Positions 24,960-32,000 of a stretch of DNA of 32,000 nucleotides are shown piece after piece; within the stretch, counting starts at the first letter, position 1, and each line of letters starts with the position of its first letter. The stretch is from Longivirga aurantiaca. GTDB taxonomy: Bacteria; Actinomycetota; Actinomycetes; S36-B12; CAIYMF01. The translations under genes were made by a program, and so were the position numbers. The notes beneath the pieces are model-generated. The model worked only from the letters and a program-made list of their open reading frames with translations, had not been told where the DNA came from and did no database searches. The stretch spans positions 90,001-122,000 of the forward strand of contig NZ_JBHSTI010000002.1 in the NCBI RefSeq assembly GCF_042660085.1, given 5' to 3'.

Positions 24960-26600
24960 ATGACGGGTCACGACGAGAACCTGGACCTCGACGTCGTCGT
25001 GGTCGGGGCCGGCTTCTCCGGCCTGTACATGCTGCACCGGCTGCGCGGGCTCGGCCTGCGGACCCGTGTGATCGAGAGGGCGCCGTCGGTCGGCGGCACC
25101 TGGTACTGGAACCGCTACCCGGGCGCCCGGTGCGACATCGAGAGCATCGACTACCAGTACTCGTTCAGCGAGGAGCTGCTGCGGGAGTGGCGCTGGTCCG
25201 AGAGGTACGCCGCCCAGCCGGAGATCCTCGCCTATCTCGAGCACGTGGCCGACCGCTTCGACCTGCGCCGCGACATCACCTTCAGCACGTCTGTCACGTC
25301 CGCCGTCTACGACGAGGCGGCCGCCTGCTGGATGGTCACCACCGATGCGGGCGAGGTGCTCTCGGCTCGGTGGTGCGTGATGGCGACGGGCAACCTGTCC
25401 GTGGTGCAGCCGCCGAGGATCCCGGGGCTCGACTCGTTCCGGGGCCGCTGGCTGCACACCGGCGAGTGGCCGACCGAGCCGGTCGACCTCGCCGGCAAGC
25501 GCGTCGCCGTGGTCGGCACGGGCTCGTCCGGCATCCAGGCCGTCCCCGTGATCGCGCGCACGGCGGCGATGGTGCACGTCCTGCAGCGGACGCCGAACTA
25601 CAGCATGCCCGCGCACAACCGGCCGCTCGCGAGCGAGGAGATCGAGGAGGCGGTGCGCACGTTCGCCGAGCGCCGCCGCATCTGCGAGTGGTCCGATGCC
25701 GGCACCCCGCTCGCCCCGCCCACGACCCGGGCCGTGGACGCCACCCCCGAGGAGCGGCGCGCCAGGTACGAGGAGGGTTGGAAGCGGGGCGGGATCAGCT
25801 CGCTGTCGTTCGCGTTCACCGACATGTTCACCGACGAGGTCGCGAACGGCTACGCGCAGGACTTCGCGCGCGAACAGATCCGCAGCATCGTCCACGACCC
25901 CCGCACCGCCGAGCTGCTCTCGCCGACGCACCACATCGGCACGAAGCGCACCTGCACCGACACCGGCTACTTCGAGACCTACAACCGCGACAACGTCGAG
26001 CTCGTGGACGTGCGGACCGACCCCATCGTGGAGATCACGCCCGACGGCATCCGCACCCGTGACCGGCAGATCGACGTCGACGTGATCGTCTTCGCCATCG
26101 GGTTCGACGCGATCACGGGTGCGCTCGCCGAGATCGACCTCCGCGGCCGCGACGGCGTGCGGCTGCGGGACGCGTGGGCCGAGGGGCCGCAGACGTACCT
26201 CGGGCTGCAGACGGCCGGGTTCCCGAACCTGTTCCTGATCACCGGACCGGGCAGCCCGTCGGTGCTCAGCAACATGGTGGTGTCGATCGAGCAGCACGTC
26301 GACTGGGTGGCCGACTGCATCGACCGCCTGCGCGCGGACGGGCTCGACACCATCGAGCCGACCCTCGAGGCGCAGCAGGCGTGGATGCGCCACGTCGACG
26401 AGCTCGCCCAGCCCACGCTCTACCCTCGGGCGACCTCCTGGTACCTCGGCACCAACATCCCCGGCAAGCCCCGGGTGTTCAACGTGTACGTCGCGGGCTG
26501 CGGGCCCTACCGGCAGGAGTGCGACGACGTCGTGGCTGCCGGCTATCGCGGCTTCGTCAGGGGACGGCAGGGGAACGAGTCGCAGAGGAGCGGGTCATGA
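24960..26600 (+). CDS. Type I Baeyer-Villiger monooxygenase (cyclohexanone-monooxygenase-like flavoprotein)
   Basis: FAD Rossmann motif VVVVGAGFSGLY. GGTWYWNRYPGARCD. BVMO fingerprint FRGRWLHTGEWP (FxGxxxHxxxWP). Second Rossmann motif VAVVGTGSSGIQ. Confidence 0.9.
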   Translation: MTGHDENLDLDVVVVGAGFSGLYMLHRLRGLGLRTRVIERAPSVGGTWYWNRYPGARCDIESIDYQYSFSEELLREWRWSERYAAQPEILAYLEHVADRFDLRRDITFSTSVTSAVYDEAAACWMVTTDAGEVLSARWCVMATGNLSVVQPPRIPGLDSFRGRWLHTGEWPTEPVDLAGKRVAVVGTGSSGIQAVPVIARTAAMVHVLQRTPNYSMPAHNRPLASEEIEEAVRTFAERRRICEWSDAGTPLAPPTTRAVDATPEERRARYEEGWKRGGISSLSFAFTDMFTDEVANGYAQDFAREQIRSIVHDPRTAELLSPTHHIGTKRTCTDTGYFETYNRDNVELVDVRTDPIVEITPDGIRTRDRQIDVDVIVFAIGFDAITGALAEIDLRGRDGVRLRDAWAEGPQTYLGLQTAGFPNLFLITGPGSPSVLSNMVVSIEQHVDWVADCIDRLRADGLDTIEPTLEAQQAWMRHVDELAQPTLYPRATSWYLGTNIPGKPRVFNVYVAGCGPYRQECDDVVAAGYRGFVRGRQGNESQRSGS

Positions 26601-28000
26601 GCGGCGGCACCGGGCTCGACGAGGCGGCGACGGAGCTGCTCGACCGGCTCACGGCCCTGGGCATCAGGACCGTGGTGATCGGCGGGTCGGACACGCACGG
26701 GGTCATGCGCGGGAAGCGCCTGCCGTTCGCGCAGCTGCGGCAGATCCTCGAGCACGGCATGCCGCTCTGCGACGTGTTCTGGGTGATGCACGTCGACGAG
26801 TCCGACCTCGTTCCGCGGCCCGAGGACCATGTCGGCTACTTCCCCACGGAGAAGCAGGGCTATCCCGACATCGTCGCGCTCCCGGACCTCGGCACCGTGC
26901 GTGTCGTGCCGTGGCACGAGGACACCGCGTTCCTGCTGGGCGACTGGCACCTGCCGCACGGCCACGGGCCGGTGCCGATCGCACCCCGCAACGTGCTGCG
27001 GTCGGTGGTCGAGCGCGCTCAGGGCATGGGCCTCACGCCGTACAGCGCCCTCGAGCTCGAGTTCTACCTGTTCGACGAGCCGCTCGGCACCGCGCACGCG
27101 AAGCGCCCGGCCGAGCTCGTTCCCCTGCAGGAGCGCCCGAGCACCTACGGCGTCGTCCTCGGCGCGCACCAGGAGCACATCTCGTCGGTGATCCGGCAGA
27201 GCATGCTCGACTACGGGCTTCCCATCGAGGCCTGCAACCCCGAGACCGGGCCGGGCCAGTTCGAGATCAACCTGCGCTACACCGGCAGCCTGGAATCCGC
27301 GGACCACGCGTTCCTGTTCAAGTCGGCCGTCAAGGAGGTGGCCGGTCAGCTCGGCTACCTCGCGACGTTCATGGCCAAGCCGAACCACGAGTGGGCGGGC
27401 AACAGCTGCCACATCCACCTGAGCCTGCGCGACGACGCCGGCCGCGGCCTGTTCTACGACGCCGCAGCCCCCGACGGCATCTCCGCGACGATGCGCCACT
27501 TCGTCGGAGGCATCCTCGCCACGATGCCCGAGCTCACGGCGCTCATGGCGCCGACCCCCAACTCCTACCGCCGCTACGCGCCCTACAGCTGGGCGGGCAC
27601 CACGGCCACGTGGGGCATCGACAACCGGTCGGCCGGCCTGCGCGCCATCGTCGAGGGGGAGCTGGGCACCCGGCTCGAGCACCGTCAGCCCGGCGGGGAC
27701 GTGAACCCGTACATCGGGACGGCCGTCGCCCTGGCCGCCGGTCTCTACGGGATCGGGGAGTCGATCGAGCCGGCCGACGTCGTCCGCGAGGACGTGTACG
27801 CCATGCCCGCGGGAACCGTGCCCGGCCTTCCGCGCACCCTCGAGCACGCGGTCGACCTGCTCGACGGCAGCGCGATGGCCCGCGAGTGGCTCGGTGCGGA
27901 CTTCGTGGGGCACTACGTCGCCATGAAGCGCGCGGAGATCGAGGCGCAGTCCCGTGCCGTCACCGACTGGGAGGTCGCGCGCTACCTCGAGGCGCTCTGA
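26597..28000 (+). CDS. Glutamine-synthetase-like ligase (gamma-glutamyl-amine synthetase candidate; PuuA/GlnA3/GlnA4-like)
   Basis: ATGA overlap with the monooxygenase stop. GS catalytic-domain motifs NPETGPGQFEIN, KPNHEWAGNSCHIHLSL, NSYRRY and WGIDNRSAGLR. Confidence 0.88.
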   Translation: MSGGTGLDEAATELLDRLTALGIRTVVIGGSDTHGVMRGKRLPFAQLRQILEHGMPLCDVFWVMHVDESDLVPRPEDHVGYFPTEKQGYPDIVALPDLGTVRVVPWHEDTAFLLGDWHLPHGHGPVPIAPRNVLRSVVERAQGMGLTPYSALELEFYLFDEPLGTAHAKRPAELVPLQERPSTYGVVLGAHQEHISSVIRQSMLDYGLPIEACNPETGPGQFEINLRYTGSLESADHAFLFKSAVKEVAGQLGYLATFMAKPNHEWAGNSCHIHLSLRDDAGRGLFYDAAAPDGISATMRHFVGGILATMPELTALMAPTPNSYRRYAPYSWAGTTATWGIDNRSAGLRAIVEGELGTRLEHRQPGGDVNPYIGTAVALAAGLYGIGESIEPADVVREDVYAMPAGTVPGLPRTLEHAVDLLDGSAMAREWLGADFVGHYVAMKRAEIEAQSRAVTDWEVARYLEAL

Positions 28001-28005
28001 CCGCT

Positions 28006-28029
28006 GGTCAGTGCACCTCGTGCCCGCCG
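28006..28029. repeat. Left copy of a perfect 24-bp direct repeat
   Basis: GGTCAGTGCACCTCGTGCCCGCCG is identical to 30688-30711. The flanking bases differ on both sides. Confidence 0.95.
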
Positions 28030-28034
28030 TCCAC
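28008..28034 (-). pseudogene. Remnant of an SDR gene 3' end (only the last ~8-11 codons)
   Basis: The - strand reads (LTL)VDGGHEVH-stop. This matches the canonical SDR C-terminus and the end of the intact SDR at 30690 (VSGGHEVH-stop). There is no SDR-like sequence further upstream in that frame. Confidence 0.6.
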
Positions 28035-28039
28035 GAGAG

Positions 28040-28675
28040 TCAGCGGGCCTCGACGGGGGTCACCAGCGCTCCGGCGGTCCCGAGCCACGCTGGGATGAGG
28101 ATCGCTGCGACCCACGCCGTCACGGGGGTCGCAGCGAGCACGACCATGACGAAGGCACTGATCGACAGCCACCTCGGGATACGGCGGAACGCCACGGCGA
28201 CAGCGAGCACGAGGGCGAACCCCACGGCGTAGCGGCCGAACTCGACCATGTTGGCGGCGACGAGGGCTGCCTCGCCCGAGGCGGCCCCGGGGGTCGTGAG
28301 CAGGTCGGCGCCCACCAGGGAGCCGGCCGCGAACGAGCCGTAGTAGAGCGCCAAGAGGACGGCGACGGCGCAGCCCGCATGGCCGACGACGGCTCCGGCA
28401 GGCCCCCGGACCGTCCGCGAAACGCGGACGACGGCGACCGACAGGGCCGCCGCGGCATAGACCGCCAACGTCGCCGCGAGCACGATCGCGCCTGCCTGGT
28501 CGACGAGCTGTGCGCCCAGCCCTGCTCCGTCGGTCGCTGTGATCCTCTCGCCCAGAACGACGAGGGCAGCGGCCGCGAGCACAGCCCCCGCACCGCTGAC
28601 GGCCCGCCCGATGGCGTCCATCCGCCGGGATGCGGTCGGCACGGGTGGCGTGGAGGTCTCGACGTCGATGTGCAT
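28040..28675 (-). CDS. Hypothetical integral membrane protein (about 6 hydrophobic segments), divergent from the histidine kinase
   Basis: Ala/Val/Leu-rich hydrophobic ORF with codon usage consistent with the host. Start taken as ATG at 28675 (GGGAGAG just upstream), with 28687 as an alternative. I recognise no family. Confidence 0.6.
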   Translation of the reverse strand: MHIDVETSTPPVPTASRRMDAIGRAVSGAGAVLAAAALVVLGERITATDGAGLGAQLVDQAGAIVLAATLAVYAAAALSVAVVRVSRTVRGPAGAVVGHAGCAVAVLLALYYGSFAAGSLVGADLLTTPGAASGEAALVAANMVEFGRYAVGFALVLAVAVAFRRIPRWLSISAFVMVVLAATPVTAWVAAILIPAWLGTAGALVTPVEAR

Positions 28676-28821
28676 GCTCTCTCCCATGGTCGGCCGGGGC
28701 CCGTGCCCCGGTCGACCGGACGCTAGGAGCGGCGACGGTGAGGTGGCTTCTGTCGCGGGGCCAGGCCTTCTCTGCCGCAAGGCAGAGGCCGAGCGCGTCG
28801 CCAGCACCTACGCTCCGACCC

Positions 28822-29940
28822 ATGTCACGCGGAGGACACCGACGGGTGCTCGTGCAGGACGTCGTGCTCGCGGGCGCGTTCACCCTCGCCGCGCAGCTCG
28901 AGCTCACGGCCCAGTCGTCGGTTGTCGAGGGCCCCCTGCTCTGGCAGCGCTCGGCGTTCCTGCTGATCACGTCATCCCTGGCCGCGCGTCGGCGGGCGCC
29001 GATAACCGCGGTGGCCGTCGCCTCGACGGGATTCGCGCTCCAGGCGGCCGTCGGTGATGCCCCGGTCGCCAGCGGCTTCCTGGCACTCCTCGTCCTGCTC
29101 GCCTCGCTGGGCTTCTACGCGTCGCCCGGGCGGGGTGCCTCCGGGGTCGCCCTGCTGCTGGCAGCGGGCGCGGTGCCCGCCGTCCTGAGCGGGATGGCCG
29201 TGGGGGACCTGCTCGTCAACGCGGTCGTCATCATCGGGACGTGGGCGGGGGCGTTCCTCATCCACCGGAGCATCGAGCGACGCCTCGAGGCCGAGCTGGG
29301 ACGCGAACGTGCAGCCCGGGAGGCGGTGCTGTCCGAGCGTGCCCGGATCGCGCGGGACCTGCATGACTCGGTCGCGCACGCCATCACCGTCATGACTCTG
29401 CAGGCAGGCGGCGCACGGCGCCGGTCCAGCGATCCCGTCGTGCAGGACGCCCTCCTCGTGGTCGAGGGCGCGGGTCGGCAGGCGCTCACCGACATGAACC
29501 GGTTCCTGGAGGTGCTCGGCAGCGACGTCGAGGCTCTCGGCGAGGCGCCGGGGCTGGACGACGTGCCCGACATCGTCGACGTCACCCGCGCGGCCGGCGC
29601 CGACGTCGAGGTGAGCATCTCCGGGCAGGTCGACCGCGTGCCGGCCAGTGTCGGCGCGACCGGCTACCGCGTCGTGCAGGAGGCACTCACGAACGCGCTC
29701 AAGCACGCCTCGCCAGGACCGATGCGCGTGCGGGTGGTGGCGGGATCCGACGCGCTCGACGTGCTCGTCGTCAGCCCCGCCGCACTGGCGGGACCCAGGG
29801 CAGGCGCGAACGGCGGCGGGCGAGGACTGAGAGGCCTCCGCGGGCGGGTCGCGGTCTTCGGGGGGAGCCTCGCCGCTGGGGCGGAGGGCGACGTGTGGCA
29901 GGTCGCGGCCCGCATCCCGTACGAGGACATGCCGTCATGA
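28822..29940 (+). CDS. Sensor histidine kinase, HisKA_3 / NarX-DesK type, membrane-embedded sensor
   Basis: About 5 N-terminal TM segments. H-box ERARIARDLHDSVAH. HATPase_c motifs VVQEALTNALKHA and GGGRGLRGLRGRV. ATG at 28822. Confidence 0.88.
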   Translation: MSRGGHRRVLVQDVVLAGAFTLAAQLELTAQSSVVEGPLLWQRSAFLLITSSLAARRRAPITAVAVASTGFALQAAVGDAPVASGFLALLVLLASLGFYASPGRGASGVALLLAAGAVPAVLSGMAVGDLLVNAVVIIGTWAGAFLIHRSIERRLEAELGRERAAREAVLSERARIARDLHDSVAHAITVMTLQAGGARRRSSDPVVQDALLVVEGAGRQALTDMNRFLEVLGSDVEALGEAPGLDDVPDIVDVTRAAGADVEVSISGQVDRVPASVGATGYRVVQEALTNALKHASPGPMRVRVVAGSDALDVLVVSPAALAGPRAGANGGGRGLRGLRGRVAVFGGSLAAGAEGDVWQVAARIPYEDMPS

Positions 29941-30611
29941 GCCAGAGCGCCGTCGCGGTCGAGGTGGTCATTGCCGACGACGAGCCGCTCGTGCGAAGCG
30001 GCCTGAGGCTCATCCTCGACGGCTCCGCGGTGGAGGTCGTGGGCGAGGCGGGCGACGGGCTGGACGCGCTCGAGCTCGCCCGGCGCTGCCGGCCGCGCGT
30101 GCTGCTGGCCGACCTCCGCATGCCTCGGATGGACGGGATCGAGCTGACGCGCCGCATCCGGCACGACCCGGAGCTCGACGACGTGCGCGTCGTCGTCCTG
30201 ACGACCTTCGCCGAGGACGACTACCTGGTCCGTGCCACTCAGGCGGGAGCCGACGGCTACCTGCTCAAGTCGATGCCGCCGGAGGACATCGTGGCAGGGG
30301 TGGCTGCGGCGGCACGCGGTCAGACGGTCCTCGCGCCCGCGCTCGTGCAGCGACTCCTCGCGGAGCACGTCCATGGCAGGGTGACGGCGTCACCGGCGAT
30401 GGAGCGGCTCACGGCGCGGGAGATCGACGTCCTGCGCCTCATCGCGGTGGGCAGGTCCAACCTCGAGATCGCCCACACCTTGTTCGTCGGTGAGGGGACC
30501 GTGAAGACCCACGTCGCGTCCATCCTGCGCAAGCTCTCGGTCAGGGACCGCGTCCAGGCCGCCATCGCCGCCTACGAGCAGGGCCTGGTGAGGCCGGGTG
30601 AACAGGGCTGA
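29937..30611 (+). CDS. NarL/FixJ-type response regulator (canonical receiver plus LuxR HTH)
   Basis: ATGA overlap with the kinase stop. Canonical acidic pocket and acceptor (VVIADDEPLV, VLLADLRMPRMDG, VVVLTTF, GYLLKS). HTH LTAREIDVLRLIAVGRSNLEIAHTLFVGEGTVKTHV. Confidence 0.92.
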   Translation: MSQSAVAVEVVIADDEPLVRSGLRLILDGSAVEVVGEAGDGLDALELARRCRPRVLLADLRMPRMDGIELTRRIRHDPELDDVRVVVLTTFAEDDYLVRATQAGADGYLLKSMPPEDIVAGVAAAARGQTVLAPALVQRLLAEHVHGRVTASPAMERLTAREIDVLRLIAVGRSNLEIAHTLFVGEGTVKTHVASILRKLSVRDRVQAAIAAYEQGLVRPGEQG

Positions 30612-30623
30612 GGCACCACCGAG

Positions 30624-30685
30624 CGCCTCACGCACCGAAGTCCCAGAAAACCGTTGCGGTTTGTGGCACTTCGGTGCGTGAGGCG
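30624..30685. terminator. Long compound hairpin between the convergent response-regulator and SDR genes
   Basis: CGCCTCACGCACCGAAGT (30624-30641) is the perfect reverse complement of ACTTCGGTGCGTGAGGCG (30668-30685), giving an 18-bp stem. The 26-nt apical region contains a nested AAACCG-ttg-CGGTTT hairpin. Confidence 0.65.
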
Positions 30686-30687
30686 TG

Positions 30688-30711
30688 GGTCAGTGCACCT
30701 CGTGCCCGCCG
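30688..30711. repeat. Right copy of the perfect 24-bp direct repeat (it forms the 3' end of the intact SDR gene)
   Basis: GGTCAGTGCACCTCGTGCCCGCCG is identical to 28006-28029, 2682 bp away. Confidence 0.95.
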
Positions 30712-31436
30712 GACACGTTGACCGCCTGGCCCGTCACGAACGACGAGCGCTCGTCGACGAGGTGGGCGACCGCGTGGGCGACGTCGTCCGGCGTGCAGGC
30801 CCGCCCGAGCGGGATCTCGGCCACGAACCGGTCGCGCCAGCCCGCGGTGTCGACCTCGGCGTATGCGTGCGCGAAGTCCTCGGCCAGGCTCTCCATCATC
30901 GCGGTGTCGCAGATGACCGGGCAGACGCAGTTGACCGTGACCCCGGTGCCCACGAGCTCGAGCGCGAGCGACTGCGCGAACCCGATGACGCCGAACTTGG
31001 ACGCGCAGTAGTGGGCGATCCCGGGCTCGCCCGTCTTGCCGGCGTCCGACGAGATGCACACGACGCGGCCGCGCGGCGAGCGGCGCAGCAGCGGCAGGCA
31101 GGCCTGCACCGCGAGGAAGGTGCCGGTGAGGTTCACGGTGAGCACGCGGTCCCACTGCGCGCGGCTCATCGTCTCGACAGGCGCGACGTCGATGACGCCC
31201 GCGCAGGTGATGACGGCGTCGAGCCTGCCGAGCTCGGTCTCGACGGTGCTCGCGAGCGCGGCCACCGACGCCTCGTCGGTGACGTCGCACGCCACCCACC
31301 GGTCCGGCCCGGGCACCGCGTCGGCGCGGTCGCTGCCCACGACGAGCCAGCCGTCGTGCTGCAGCCGGGCGGTGATGGCGCGGCCGATGCCTCCGGCGGC
31401 GCCGGTCACCACGGCCACGGGCGGCGAGGTGCTCAT
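30690..31436 (-). CDS. Short-chain dehydrogenase/reductase (classical SDR)
   Basis: 248 aa. Cofactor motif VTGAAGGIGRA. Catalytic S...YxxxK (ISSDAG...YCASK). C-terminal VSGGHEVH. The start overlaps the stop of the upstream monooxygenase (ATGA). Confidence 0.9.
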   Translation of the reverse strand: MSTSPPVAVVTGAAGGIGRAITARLQHDGWLVVGSDRADAVPGPDRWVACDVTDEASVAALASTVETELGRLDAVITCAGVIDVAPVETMSRAQWDRVLTVNLTGTFLAVQACLPLLRRSPRGRVVCISSDAGKTGEPGIAHYCASKFGVIGFAQSLALELVGTGVTVNCVCPVICDTAMMESLAEDFAHAYAEVDTAGWRDRFVAEIPLGRACTPDDVAHAVAHLVDERSSFVTGQAVNVSGGHEVH

Positions 31437-32000
31437 CGGACCTCGACCGAGCGGAACCGCGCGAGCTTGGTGCGCAGGATGTACGAGCTCGCCGAGAACG
31501 GCCACTGCGACACCACCCTGCCGGTGCCGGCCTTGAAGTAGCTGGTCGTCTCCGCCCACACCGTCCGGCGCAGCTGGGCCTGGACCCAGTCGTTGAACTT
31601 CCGGAACGCCTCCGGGTTCACCGTGATGAGCGACCGGGAGGGGTCCTTCAGCTTCGCGATCAGCGAGGCGGCGAAGTCCGCCTGGGCCTCGTAGAACGAC
31701 ACGAGGGGCACGGCGTTGGTGTTGGGGCCGTACATCATGAAGAAGTTCGGGAAGCCGGGGACCATCATGCCGAGCAGGGCCTCGGGCTCGCCGTCCCACA
31801 CCTTCTGCAGGTCCGCGCCGCCCTCACCCGTGACCTGGTAGCTGCTGAGGTAGTTCGCGGCATCGAACCCCGTGGCGAAGATGACGATGTCGACGGGGTG
31901 CTCGGTGCCGGAGGCGTCGACGACCCCGGTGCGCGTGAGCGACGTCACCGCGCGGGGCACGAGGTGCACGTGGTCCTGCTTCAGCGTGGGGTAGTACGTG
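31433..32000 (-). CDS. Flavin-dependent monooxygenase (BVMO/FMO-like), C-terminal part; the 5' end lies beyond the window
   Basis: The frame stays open to the window edge (...TYYPTLKQDHVHLVPRAV...). VDIVIFATGFDA and PGFPNFFMMYGPNTN align with the equivalent region of the BVMO at 24960-26600 (VDVIVFAIGFDA, AGFPNLFLITGPGSP). Confidence 0.8.
   Translation of the reverse strand, partial: TYYPTLKQDHVHLVPRAVTSLTRTGVVDASGTEHPVDIVIFATGFDAANYLSSYQVTGEGGADLQKVWDGEPEALLGMMVPGFPNFFMMYGPNTNAVPLVSFYEAQADFAASLIAKLKDPSRSLITVNPEAFRKFNDWVQAQLRRTVWAETTSYFKAGTGRVVSQWPFSASSYILRTKLARFRSVEVR

Noticed and set aside
28008-28970. 320-aa ORF on the - strand spanning the membrane protein gene and the kinase promoter region
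   Set aside because: Only its last 8-11 codons (VDGGHEVH) look like real protein, as the SDR remnant. The rest is an Arg-rich out-of-frame reading of the membrane protein gene.
31955-31969. Third, inverted copy of the 15-nt core of the direct repeat (GTGCACCTCGTGCCC), inside the second monooxygenase gene
   Set aside because: By my rough estimate, several exact 15-mer matches are expected by chance among all position pairs in a 32-kb window of this composition. Here it simply encodes HLVP in frame. I noted it but do not treat it as evidence for an invertible segment.
1-32000. Mobile elements, CRISPR arrays, tRNA/rRNA genes, prophage or defence-system genes
   Set aside because: I found no transposase, integrase or recombinase-like translations. 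I also found no regularly spaced repeat array, no tRNA-like cloverleaf candidates in the short intergenic regions, and no nuclease, ATPase or methylase sets typical of defence islands. A manual scan cannot exclude short or degenerate elements.

Overview
Very GC-rich, densely coding chromosomal window that looks like Actinomycetota; the Micrococcales-like gene order is my inference. I saw no rRNA, tRNA, CRISPR array, transposase or integrase. All calls come from reading the translations and sequence by eye, with no database search.

Gene order, left to right:
- a polyamine-type ABC importer (lipoprotein binding protein plus two permeases; no ATPase in the window) and an alpha/beta hydrolase;
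- purF and purM, convergent with a DUF3073-like small protein and a valine/leucine dehydrogenase;
- a sugar locus: PfkB kinase and LacI repressor, divergent from a CUT2-type ABC importer (binding protein, permease, single-domain ATPase), with two palindromic LacI-type operators between them;
- a BldC-like small MerR-type protein;
- an MMPL-TetR operon with a readable promoter and operator;
- a PAS-GGDEF diguanylate cyclase sandwiched between two paralogous LuxR-type regulators whose receiver domains lack the phospho-acceptor residues;
- a secreted endonuclease/exonuclease/phosphatase-family protein and a DMT transporter;
- a catabolic-looking cluster: PuuD-like gamma-glutamyl hydrolase, Fe-alcohol dehydrogenase, type I Baeyer-Villiger monooxygenase and glutamine-synthetase-like ligase on the + strand, then an SDR and a second flavin monooxygenase on the - strand.

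That last cluster is split by a 2.7-kb module (membrane protein, HisKA_3 histidine kinase, NarL-type response regulator, long hairpin). The module is bounded by a perfect 24-bp direct repeat and a short remnant of an SDR 3' end.

The three most interesting candidates, all functional inference:
1. the gamma-glutamylation plus dehydrogenase plus Baeyer-Villiger cluster, as a possibly undescribed amine/amino-alcohol pathway;
2. the recombination scar around the two-component module;
3. the pseudo-receiver LuxR / GGDEF / pseudo-receiver LuxR unit, with a perfect 10-5-10 palindrome in front of the cyclase gene.
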